A stretch of 59,634 bases of DNA, taken from positions 1-59,634 of the forward strand of contig JAHBMJ010000008.1 in the NCBI GenBank assembly GCA_018398765.1, given 5' to 3'. The notes beneath the pieces are model-generated. The model searched no databases. It saw only the letters and a list, made by a program, of their open reading frames with translations, and was not told the origin of the DNA. The stretch's first letter is position 1; every line of letters begins with the position of its first letter. Made by a program: the position numbers and the translations under genes. The DNA is from Chromera velia (lineage: Eukaryota). Shown here one piece after another: positions 37,240-49,275 of the stretch.

Positions 37240-38240
37240 ATTTTTGCTGAAAAGACTCTCTTCGCTCACTTACCCACTCGCTCACGCGCTCTTTTCCTCA
37301 ATCTCTTCCTCCATGATCGCTTCATCCTTGCCTTCCTCCTCTGACTTACTGACTCACTAACTTCTTTGCTCATCCACTCACCCCCTCACTCTTTTCCGCC
37401 AACCCTCCCTACCTACCTCCTTCCCTGCCTGCTTTCATCCCAGCTTCCTTCCTTCCATCCCTCTGCTCCTTCGCTCACTCGTTCAGTCGCTCACTCACTC
37501 ATTCACTCATTCACTTACTCATTCACTTACACACCAACCCGCTCGCTCACTCACATAGATACCAAGCAACATCTACTTACTCAATGCCTCTTTTACTAGC
37601 TGACTCACTTACTGATATACTTCCTCGCTCTTTCTTTCTTGCTTAATATCTTTCGTTCTCTCTTTCTTTTTTTTTGTTCTTTTCTTTTCTCCCTTTTTTT
37701 ATTCTTTGTGCTTTTGTCCTTCTATCCTTCTTTCCTCTCTTCTTTGTTTCTATACTTTCTTTCTTCCCTTCTTTCTGTCTTTGATCCCTGTTTTATTTCT
37801 TCATTCTTCCACTTTCCGCCTGCCTCCTCTCTTTCTGCATGTTTTTCTGCTATTTCTTTTTTCTGTCCTTTCTCCAGTTTTTGTTTGCTTGCTCGTTTGC
37901 TGGGTACTTGTTTATCTACCTGCTTCTTTCCTACTAAGACTTTCTTTCCTTGATTCTTTCTTTTCTCCCTGCTTTATTCCTTCCGGTTCCTAACCTTCCT
38001 CCCTCCCTCCTTCCCTCCCTCCGTTCGTCTCTTCCATCTTCGTTCCTTCCCCCCTTTCCTCCTTTTTTCCATCCTTCCTTCCTTCCTTCCTTCCTTCCTT
38101 CCTCGGAAGTTCATCCCTCCCTTCCTTTCGATCACCTTCCCTGCCTCCCTGCCAGAACCTACCTCCGTCGCGCCCCCTCTTTCCTCGCTCCCTTACTTGC
38201 TTCATGCTTCCTTCCATGCTTCCTAGCCTTCCTCCCTCAT
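37240..38240. repeat. Pyrimidine-rich low-complexity tract (TCAC, CTTT, CTTC repeats)
   Basis: Runs of tcactcac and cttccttc. Confidence 0.8.
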
Positions 38241-39131
38241 GAGTCATGATCTAGCCCATAATGATGGGTCTCAAACTAGGTCTCAAATTCCGTCCCTCTG
38301 TCTCTCCTTATTTTGCTCCCACTTTTTTGCAAAGATATTGCAAAGTGGGGCTTGAAGCGGCACCTACTGTCGCAGCCGGTGGCAGCTTATCATGCCTTGA
38401 TTAATTAACTTTGAAGTCGTATGAAGAACGTTCAATAATCTTCAATTGAGGCTACAGGAAATTCATGAAAAAATTAAATGAATGATGGGTCAAAAACTCA
38501 AAGTTAAATAAACCATCATCAAAAAATAAAAAATAAAAAAAAATTATGATGAAAGAAAGATTATTCGAGATACTGTTCGACCACTGTGACATTTTATATT
38601 AAAATAATATTAAAAGAAAATCAATTCTCTTATCAAATGTTTAAATATTTTTAAAGATGCATAGCATAGCATTATGAAAAACCCGTACAGCAGTATTCTT
38701 AAATATACGAGTCTACAAAAAGCCTGTCTAAGCCTCACTGAAGTTTATGCTCGATTATGCTCATATAAAAAATAAGTTATTGGTGGCTTTTATTAAGTGT
38801 CAAAATGTCTGGGCGGCTTCTGCCATTATATATCATTAATTCAAATCTGAGTAAATCAGAATGTTCATGGTGTGCCTGGGGTGAAACCACCATGACTCTG
38901 GAAAATAAAACAGGGGACACTAAATTATGAAACAACTATAGACCAAACAATTCTCGCGACCGCGAGTATACCTTTCCGCAGCTTCAAGCATGCAGCCATA
39001 TAGCATGCATCTAGTACGTACGAATAGCGTGCGTCAAGTAATTATCATTTTTCTTGCTTTCCAGGGCCGTTTGCAAGCTTGCTTACGTCAGATGCACGCG
39101 CAGTGTCTTTCAGAAAAAACCTGGCCCCGAA

Positions 39132-42112
39132 CGTAGCGTTGTGAAGGTCTGACAAGCAGTTGTGTTAGGATGAAATGAAGTACGCGCGCATAACATGCGT
39201 AGGGCGTATGCATGCATGCATGCCGGGAATTAATTGTGCAGCATGCAGTCTCTATGAAGACATCCGTTGTTTGTCTTACAGAACAGAGATAGCAGAACTA
39301 CCCATGCATGACAGAACCTTTATCCGTATGTAGGAGCTGATCCCAGCTACGACTAGCTGAGGGCCTACATCCCTACGTGGTAGCAGAGCCTGAACCGGCC
39401 TCAGTAGGTTCGCGTGCTCTCGTTTCATCGATTGAACATGTGAACAGTCCATCTTCTGCTGTGCGAGTGCAAAGTTACGGATTAACTTTTATCGCCTGCA
39501 CGCAGCCACATCTTGAAGTCCGTAATCAGTAGAGAGCCACGTCTTTCTTTTTCCTTGAAAGTTTGTTTCGATGTCGGTGCCTGATCGCTTTGGGGAGTTC
39601 GTTCTCGCTGTCGAGAGACTCGAGAAATTCAAGCATGTCTCTTTTTTCGAAGTGCACAAGAACGGTCGATCTCTTCTCGACGAAGGAAAAGAGCTTGCAG
39701 AGAAGCTCTTTATTGCTGCAGGGGGCAACTTAGAGACTCTGCAGTCCCGGCAGAAGCCCAACTTTTCCGTTTCAACAACACCGCCCTCCACCAATACAGA
39801 GGGTGTCACGAAGAAGAAGACTCGCAGAAGCAAAAGGATGATGGGAAGAGCCTGGGCCCGCAAGCAATTAAGCAAGACGAATGAAGAGAATGCACCAAAG
39901 TTGATGACGTCTTTGGGGAAGAAAAACAAAAGTGCAGATCGTCTGTCCGCGTTGCTATCATCGCAGGCAGATGGAAAGAAAGAGAAGAGCCCGTGCAGAG
40001 GAAGTGGGTGGAGGCCTGTGGCATCCGTTCCTGATGCCCCACCCAGTCAGGAAGAGTATGTTGAGACAGAAGTGAGTGGTCTGCATGCTCTGCTCCCAAG
40101 AACATTCGTAGGAGCATCAGGGAATGGCAGAGGAGAAGTGAGAGAGACAGAAGACCCGTCTTCATACACTGGTCGACCGACAGACCAGGAGGACGTGAAT
40201 ATGCACCATCCCGCAAGTGGAGAGATGCAGCTGGAGATGCAGTCTGTGGGTCTGTCTGATTTTCCCCCTGTGATTACTCCAGCCGGGGGATATTTACAGA
40301 ACGAAGAGGTAGTTCCTATGTTGCTTGGTGTTCTGCACTCCACTTTGCAAACGTAGGAGAAACCAGGGAGAGCCGAAAGGAGGACCGCAAAGCAGCAGAG
40401 GAAGAGGGAGAGAAAGAAAGAAGCTAAACACCAAACACAGTTGTATACAATCAGACAAACTCGAACGGGGGATCACCAGACGACCCTCGGTGGTTCCCTT
40501 CAGAAGGTAGCTGTGCAGACGTAGGGGGAGAGTGTTTGCATGCACACGGGTTTGTGTAGGGGATCTACAGTGCAAGACGAGATGGGAAGAGCGGCTGTCC
40601 TTCAAGGCCGTAAAGAGAGGAAGAAGATGCGAAAAGAGTGGAAGAAGCAAGAGACGCGGAGGGTTGAAATCAAAACGATTCGACAGGAGCAGACAGAGGC
40701 AAGGGGTTTTGGTAATCAGTCAATGCCTCGCCTTAGAGAACCTTTGCCAGCTTCAGAGACCGCTCCTCGTAGATTTGGCTCCATTCGCCTCCGTGGATGT
40801 GTCAAAATGGGAGATGTGCGAGAAACAAGGGGGCTTGGGAGTTCCACGCCTCTGCTGAGAAGCGTTACCCCGCCAAGGAGAATCAGCAGCATCCATCAGT
40901 CCGATCAAGAGCACACACCGAACACACAGCACGAGGGGTACAGAGTGGAAGAATTGCCTCCGTCTGTCCAGGCACTTTTTCAGGAATCTTGGGCACGATA
41001 TGCGATGGGAATGCCCATTTACTGAGCAAGAGAGTAAGCAGAAGGCATCGTGCAGGGAAGAAACAATTGATGAGGGTGCAACGTAGTAAGTGATCATGTA
41101 GGCATGGAGACGGCGTGTGTCTCTATTCAGTCTTGTTGCACGACTGTCCGATCTCGTCCGTTTGTATTCGTTCTTTTCGTTTGAACAGTCGTCTTGGCCT
41201 GTTTGTCTACCCTGGGGGATCGAATTCTCGCAGTGGTTGTCGTTTGGTTTGATAAAGGAATATCTGTCTGCGCTCGCCAGGAATTTTTTTTTTCGGTGAT
41301 CGTTTCAATCGTTGCGTGCCTTTGCTCAGCTGCGGGGCGCGGCGTTGGAGAAAGGGGGCACGGTGTGGGTGAGGAAGGAAGGGAGGAGACGGAAGCAGGT
41401 GGCATGCAGTAAGGAGACAGAGCAAAGAGAGGAAGAGAAGAAGAGCTGACAGTGACTGACGGCCAGAAAGGGAAGACTCTGTTTGTGTAGCATGACGGCT
41501 GAAATAAGGCAGACATTCAGATCGATCAGAAAAAGAGAGAGCAAGAGTTAAAGTAGGCAGAGGTGGCTGTATTGGCTACGGATTAGCCAATCAGAGAAAC
41601 AGTTCATCTCATGTGCTGCTGCATTCCAGGTTCAAATCCTGTGAACGATTCTTCATCCCGCTTTTCATGTGAGAAAAGAGAGCCTGCTTTGCAATCAGTC
41701 GTCATAAGCCTAATCAGCAGCAAAGGCTGGAAGAAGGAGAACATGACTTGAGGTGACTTGCATAGATTCGAGATCGTTCTGTATGGACCGCGCCTTTTTG
41801 AGATCAAATTGCCTCATGCTGATGAAGTGGCGGGATGCCACTCTAGAGGGAGGGGGCACGTAGCGTTGTGAAGGTCTGACAAGCAGTTGTGTTAGGATAA
41901 AATGAAGTACGTGCGCATAACGTGCGTAGGGCGCATGCATGCATGCATGCATGTATGCCGGGAATTAATTGTGCAGCATGCAGTCTCTATGAAGACATCC
42001 GTTGTTTGTTTTACAGAATAGAGATAGCAGAACTACCCATGCATGACAGAACCTTTATCCGTATGTAGGAGCTGATCCCAGCTACGACTAGCTGAGGGCC
42101 TACATCCCTACG
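39132..42112 (+). mobile_element. Non-autonomous LTR element with CGTAG...CTACG termini
   Basis: LTRs 39132-39377 and 41859-42112; TSD CCGAA at 39127-39131 and 42113-42117; PBS TGGTAGCAGAGC at 39378-39389; PPT agagggaggggg at 41845-41856. Confidence 0.92.
39571..41025 (+). pseudogene. Single ~484-codon frame of unknown function in the LTR element, broken by two TAG stops
   Basis: ORFs 39571-40356 and 40540-41025 share a frame; stops at 40354 and 40522; no gag/pol motif seen. Confidence 0.55.
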
Positions 42113-42748
42113 CCGAAAGGCTGAATTGGGCTATGTGTGCATCAGATGCCACTTACCCCGGGGCTTACCCGGGGGGAGGGGGGGATTCCGCGCATATTTT
42201 TTTCCCGTGTAGGGGGGGGGTCGGCGTACGTCAATCGTGCAGTTCTCATTTTTCTTGCTTTCCGGGGCCGTTCGCAAGCTTGCTTGCGTCAGATGCATGT
42301 GGTTGCATGTGTGCTTTCCCGGCCGCGGCCCATCTTAATTGCCCCCGGCCGCGGGCCCGGCCGCGCCATGCGCCAATATATATGCGCCATGGCGCCCGCC
42401 CGGCCGTGCACCCGCGGCCGCGCGCTTTCCGCGGCGGACCCGCCGCGGCCGGCAAAAATTACTGCTCGATCATTCCGCGCCATTTCCGCGCCAATCTTCG
42501 ATCAAACCACCTAACAACATCATATCAAGCCCACCTGGAAAAAAGACACATGCAGTAGTGGTTATTAGAGTGTCCATATAATATCACTGCCCCCCCCGCT
42601 CTCTCGTACAAGACAAGGACAAGAGGTTTTCCACTTGTCCTGGGAAAAAAACCTGAACCCGTTTGCTGAAGCCCAACGGTGTGGAGCAACGGAGCAAGCA
42701 GGAGACGACAGACGGCTGTCAATTAAGTGGAGAACTGAAAGCAGCGAC

Positions 42749-45700
42749 ATGCTTGCGCAAGTTCTCGCAATTGTCCTCCTGGACAGTGAGGGCCAGAGGA
42801 TTGCGGCAAAATACCACCAGAAAAATGAGGCCTTTTCCGACTTTGTGGCACAACAGAAGTTCGAGAAGCAACTGTCTCAGAAACCCAACAGACGAACAAA
42901 CAGGAATGAAGGTGGGTGATTCTGATGCTCGTGCAGGAGTGCTGAGTCGGGTGCAAAAGTTGTGAGTGCATGTAGAGGAAGGGATGGTGAGGGGTTGGGC
43001 GGGTTCATCGGTCTACACATGCACGTCGCCAGAGAGCTCGCGATCCATGCCAGTAAATTTGGTGAAAGTGTATCTGATTCTCTCGCGAGGCAGCTTCAGC
43101 GTCAGGACGTTCCTGGGTCTGATTTTTGGGTTCACGCTTCCTCTTTTTTTCACATCCGTTCATTCTTCCCTTCTTTGCTTTTCTCCGATCTTTCCCCTCT
43201 TCATTGTTTCCTCCGCTCCATTTTCCACCTCCATCCGTGCCGCCTCTTCCCCCACTCTTCTTTCTTGACTTTTCGTTTTTCCGTTACCGTGCTTCTCAAT
43301 TGTTCGATTCAACTCGCTAGTATGTACCCGTACATTCGCCCACCAACAAATGCAGTTGAGGTTGTAACGATCGACGACTTTGTGGCACTCTTTCGGTCCT
43401 CCAATGATGTTTTCCTTTACGTCGTTGGGGACCCCGCGGAGAACGAGGTGATCGTCCTGGAACTCGTCAACGCACTCCACCAGGCCTTGACGAACATATG
43501 CGGGTGGGTGGATAGGTGGGCAGTTGGTCCTGTGGCATGCATACAAAGTTATTATCTCTCAAGACCCCCAGGCAGCAATGCGAACCCCTTGGCATGCTAG
43601 TCGATGGGCTCTCATTAATTAATTTCTTTCCGTTGCCTTCTTTTCTTTTCCCCGCAGAGGTGGTATCTCCAAGAAAAGCTTGTTCGACAATTTGGATTCC
43701 GTGTTTCTCTTGTTGGACGAGGCCACTGACGGAGCGTAAGTCGACCCTCCCTCTCACCGGCAGTGCTTGCCCTTTTGCCTGTCTTGATCTGCCGGTGAAA
43801 GAAAGGAGAGAAAAGGAAACAGAGACTGTCTGTACGTGTCTGCCCGAGTTCAGTAGGAAAAGGAGAAGAAACGGACAAAATGATCCACCCTGTCGCACAG
43901 TCTGTTGTCTTCTGTTTGGCGGTTGTCTGTTCTCTGTTGTGTAAGTGAAGAAAAGAGGAGAGGGAAAAGAAAAGAAACATGTAGTATGTCTCTCTGTCTG
44001 TTGTTTTGTCTGATGTTATCTTTACTGCTTATCTCTCTTATCTTGTGGAAGTGATGATTAGCGTGTGACTTCCAGTGATCACGTGAAAACTCGCAAACGC
44101 AAGGGGCACCTAAGTCTCTCATGTCCTTCGGGCCCCCTTCCCCAGTGTCTGTCTGATCGATCCTTTTGTCCGTCCGTCTGCTTGACCGGAAGACAGAAAC
44201 AAACATACGGGCTGTCCATCTCTTTGTTTGAGCCTTCGTCGAGTTTCCTCTTATCGCGAAAAGTGTCGTCGGGGAAGCACCGCAACGGAGGCAAAAGTCT
44301 ATTTCCTCGGGCGCACCTTCCACGCTGTCTAGCTCTGTGTCATTTCTTCGCGTGACAGTTTGAGTTCTCTCCCCTTTTTTTCTTGGCTGTGTGTTTTTTT
44401 TCCGCGTGGTTCTGCTGTCTGTCTTGAGATTCTCTGTCATTGTCTGTTATGCACGAATACATTGTCGTCTTTTTGTCCGTCTTGGTGTCCGCCGTCTCTC
44501 TGTCTCTGTGTCAAAAGACAAAATGAAGTCATGTTGCCTGCCTGAAGTCGCAAAGCGTACTTGTCTTAATGAAAGGAGAGGAAGAGAAGTCATAAAGCCT
44601 TTTCTGAAGCAAGAAAAAAGGAAAAACAAAAGGGAAGAAAAGAACGGTATTGTCTGTTTGTCGGTCTGTCTGTCTGTCTGTCTGAAAGAAACCAAATAGT
44701 CTGTCTGTCCAAGTGAGCAAGAAGAAAAAGAAGAAGAAGAAGAAGAAGCAGCGGAAAGACATCAGATGAGATCGATTTTCCTCGTTTTCCCTCTTTTTCC
44801 GCTATGACGGAGAGGTGGGAAAGAATAGCACGCGATTGTTTTGTCGTTGTGACCGGGAGCAGAAGGAAAGCCTGCCGATTTAGCTCTCTGTCGTGCTGCA
44901 TGTATACGGGATTCAAAGGCTCCCACATGCATACAGAGGGAGCGAGAGCAAGAAAGATAGACACACAGGGTTGTCTGTCTGGATGCCTTTGGGAAATGAA
45001 CGTTTCTTTTTTCACGGTCTGCATCCATCCAAAAATTCTGGAAGAGGGCGGACTAGGAGAAAAAGGAAAGGCGTGACGTCACGGCTTCGTGCTGCTTCAG
45101 TTGAGGAGTAATTTGCATCTCCGTGTCCTCTCTTGGAGTCCCTCCCCCACGGAGACCTCAAATTCCTCTCCCTGTCCAAATCTTCTTTTCTTCTGCAGAG
45201 TGATTTTTGAGACCGAACCAGGACTTCTTCAGCAAAGGGTTCACATGAGCGACGGAGATCTTTCGGTGGACAACCTGACCTTCAATCAGGTTAGTCTTTT
45301 CTTTTCTTTCAGAAGATGGCAGACAGAGAGTTTCTTTGAAGTCAGCTGAAAACCCTTTCCTTTCAGTCGGGGAAGTAAGTACTTGAGGCCTTGATAAGAT
45401 CCTTTTGTATTCCGGTGTAGCTTGACGACCGACAGGCGTTTCTTTCCTTTGTGTAGCTTGCAGTTGGTCTCTTTTGTGTGAGTGAAGTGTCAGTTCCTCT
45501 GTACTCGAAAGCAGTAGTGCCATGAAAACGGAGAAAGATATCTGCCTACTTTCTTACTTATGAGAGAGAAGGGCCGATTTGTTTTGATACCGAAACACGC
45601 ATAATTATAGAAGAAGAAGTCATTGGAGGCAGCTGCGCATTGTTGGTTGCATGCGTCGATTGTGTGGACTTGTAGATACACCGTGCGCGCACACGTCTGT

Positions 45701-45768
45701 CCTGTCCGCAGGCTCTCGCATCCGCTAAAGAGCAGATCACCAAGTCGTTCCTTTCGGGAGGGTCCTAG
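42749..45768 (+). CDS. COPZ: Coatomer subunit zeta, 5 exons
   Basis: Exons ~42749-42911, 43356-43503, 43658-43735, 45199-45289, 45712-45768. Motifs LLDSEGQRIAAKY, QQKFEKQL, LYVVG..ENE, LFDNLDSVFLLLDE..DG..IFET, QALASAKEQITKSFL. Confidence 0.93.
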
Positions 45769-46199
45769 TCGTATGTGGGCTTCAATCTATACCTCAACTT
45801 GAAGTCTTGCCGAACTCGCAGCTGCAAATCATACTCTGCAATTTCACTGCATCGGCCAGGGATACCACAAACTTCAAATGAAAGCAAATAAAAGTACGCA
45901 CAAATCAGGACAAGACTTGACTTTTCTCGTAGCCTGGCCGGCTTTGACATTAATTATGTTTAAAGTCATTCAAACATTTTAGCCAGAGATGTAAAAGATC
46001 ACAGTCTGTAAATTGATTTAGATTGATCATTGACTGAGACCAAGACTGATAGATCCCTTTTTCCCTAGCTTTTCCCTCTCCCCTAGTTTTTCCTTTTTCT
46101 AAGAATGAACAGAAACATTCCCTTCTAGATTCGCTTGCCTATAACGCTAGAAGTATCTGCAACTATATATGGATGGCGATGACGCATCAATATGACTAG

Positions 46200-47370
46200 T
46201 AATTAACTAGGTCGAAGCTCTTAGCAAGACAGTCGAAGCCCGCATTGACGCAGCAGAGAAGGCATTGGGAGCTGTGTTTGGCACTCTCTCATCTGTTGGT
46301 TTTATTTCTCCCTTCACTAAAATTACTTTGTTCAGGGCTCTCTGGCTGCCAGTCGTGTTGTATGGACTGGAAACGATCCCGCTGAGGAAAGCAGATGTTG
46401 CCTGCCTCGATGCTTTACAGTTATGTTTTGTTTGATGTTGTTTTGGTCTCTCTCACCACTCTTTTGTTTCACCTTCTCTTCTTTCTCTCTCTCTTGAGCT
46501 ATTTAGTTCTCTACTTGGTAAGTTGATTAGAGGCTTCGTTCAATGCATCAAATCGATCGATCGTGCTCTACCCCGGGCAGTGTAGAATGAGTACTTGGCT
46601 TGCTCGTGTGAACCCTTCAAGGCTTTGTTAAAACAATGAAATGGCCGGCCGTTCCTTTGGACTGCTCCCTTTTGTGGCCTCCTTTGCTAAGCTTGGTGGG
46701 GGACAAGTTTAAAAAAAAAAGTAAAGGCAGAAGGAAAAGGGTGGCAAAAAAGATCGTGGAGGGTGCCTGGCTGTCCGGTTAGTTAAAAGAAGACCATAGA
46801 AACGTTAGAGACAGAGACGGAATTTTTCCCCGCCTTGCGAATGTCTCTCCTTTCCAATATGAGAACCCAAGCAAACAGTGTTTGGCCATGCATTTTCTGA
46901 GTAAAAGGAAATGGCGATTGAGAAGCGAAATAATAGAGTGCAGTGTTGACCCTCTCCCTAAGAGTCTGTTGCAGTGCTCCGCAAACTTTTGTATACTTTT
47001 TAGGGCTCTCACGGGGGGGAACATCGATAGAACTCAACCAGAACGACTGTGTAACAGATGTTTGTCCCCCTTGCATGTGATCAAAGATGAGGTTCATATT
47101 CTGATGGAATGCAAAGACTCCGAAAAGGAGCGGAGCAGGCTGAAAGAACTGTACGAAATTGCAAAAGAGAGAGCGCCTATTGACATGAGAATAAAAATCA
47201 CATAAAGCGTTGCAGGTGCAACAGGGAGAGACACTTCAAATAATGATCGAGAAGAAAACGAAGGAGATGGTGTTGTTGTTGTACATGATCCTGCCTAGAA
47301 GCAGCTCTAAAGTGTTAGCTGACTGTCTGAAAAAGGTTTATTGTGTCGATCAGGCAAGTTGAGTAGAGTC
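46200..47370 (+). mobile_element. 5'-truncated, decayed LINE fragment (RT C-terminus and CCHC finger)
   Basis: RIDAAEKA..TKITLFRALWLPVVLYGLET; ERLCNRC...DEVHILMEC; several stops. Confidence 0.75.
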
Positions 47371-47900
47371 GTTTTAATTGGCATGCAGGCTTCCTCCTAC
47401 CGCTCCCCCCCCCCATGAATGTGTGCTCTGGGTTGTCCTCAAAGCCTTGTTAGTGGCTTGGGATTTGGCGTCGCTGAATTTAGGATTTAACCCTGAATCA
47501 TCATCAGGTAATTGACATAGTTTTTGAGTCATTTTTTAACTTGGTTTACAAATAGTTGCTCTAGCCAATTTGGGTTATTTGCTAGTTACATATAAAAACT
47601 AATAAAAACTAATTTCATTAAGACAAACATTTTTTAAAGCAATTTTTATAACTATAAACTCATAGTTAAACCTAGAGCTAAACTCCTTCTAATAGGCTGA
47701 TATAGAACTGGAGTTTACTGAACTTGAAGCTAGTGCCTAGGCCTAGGCCTAGGCCAGTGTTGACCGATGTATGATTGAGCGTTTAAGCGTAATTTACGAA
47801 TTGAACCAATGGACGTCGATCGGCGATTTAGCAAGCATTCGCTGCATGATTCGCACAGATCGATGCGCAATTTTGAACATAGATGCAGAAGAATTCTGAT

Positions 47901-49215
47901 TCAATTGTTTCCATCTCCGTTGGACTCTCTTGCAACTGTTTCCATTTCTCTCATCAGGTCGTCAGCCTGTTTCTCCAACTCAGTCTGCTCGTCAGACTTT
48001 CCCTTCGTCCTCCGCTCTGGTGACGCTCGCCTGACGGCCTCGTGCAGCATCCGCATTGCATCCTGCCGAGAGACGCCTTCTTTCTCGGTTGCTCTTATAT
48101 AAGCTCTGCTTGCCTTGATGAAGCTCTGAGGGTCGCGTGCTGCATCGAGAATAATTCGAGAGGCTCGGTCAAAGAAGACAAATAAGATCCGGTCCGCTGA
48201 GCCGGAGGCAGAATATTTGAATTTGAGCGGTTGGGATAATTCGAAGAGTGCGTTTTGCATCTTCGGCAGTGCCTCTGCAACAGGCTTCAGCTTGAAGGTC
48301 GGGTCCCGCTTACGGGCTCGCATCTCCGCCTCCTTCCTCATCAAACCCACCCCAAGGACCAGAGCCCACTCCTCGGGCTCTGCGAGACCGAGGGACCGAA
48401 ACACACGCGGCAGAACGGAGGCGAATCCCCTTTTCGCTTCGTTGTCGTCGTCGAAAAGCAGGAGCTTGCGAGACGTCTGCACGACGCTTGCAGCTGCCCA
48501 CGCCCGAAGTATGAAGCTCATGATTGGAAGCAGGCGCCTGCATGCGGAACAAATCAATGAAAGGAATGCAGAGGTTGAAAGGAACCGACGTTCAATCGCA
48601 CCCAAAGGAAACGCAGTGAGTGGCTACACAGACGACCGACCTGCAGATGGGCTTGCAGGGACGCAGATGAAAAAGGGGGCATGTGCACAGAAGTCCTCAT
48701 CGTTTCTTTATGTGTTGTTCACTCTCTTTCCAAATAGCCCACAGCACAGACCTCACAACAGAGACAAGCAAGAAAGCAGAAAACGCTCGCACGATCTTCT
48801 TTCTGATTCTCTCCTTAGACCCCTTTCGATCCTTTCTGTTCTACTTGAAGACAACAAGTCCTTTCAATATAAGAAGCAACAACCTTCCTTCTTTTACCCT
48901 TCCTTCGGAAAAAGCTACAAGGACCAAAAACCATTTTGCCGCGGCGACACTCCCGTCTGCTGACCTTCGCTCTTCGTCTGAAAGCTTTACTTGAGAAGCA
49001 AAAGCTACCAGAATGTCGATCACCGGCTCTGAAAAGTCCGATACGTGTGACCTAATTCTCTTGTACATTGCGTTTTTTTGGGTCTCGCTCAGACCCGCTG
49101 CCTCCGAAGGCCACTTCCCCATCCCAACGAGTGCACTTCCAATCACAGGCCCAACGTGCTGCACTTTCACACACACACACACACACGCACGCAAGCACAC
49201 AAGCACAAAGGCACA

Positions 49216-49275
<60 letters not shown>

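Noticed and set aside
38250..39000. AT-rich tract as organellar insertion or foreign DNA
   Set aside because: No organellar gene motifs; resembles the other decayed repeat relics.
47737..47755. (GCCTAG)3 as the 3' tail of the truncated LINE
   Set aside because: No matching TSD found, so the boundary is unsupported.
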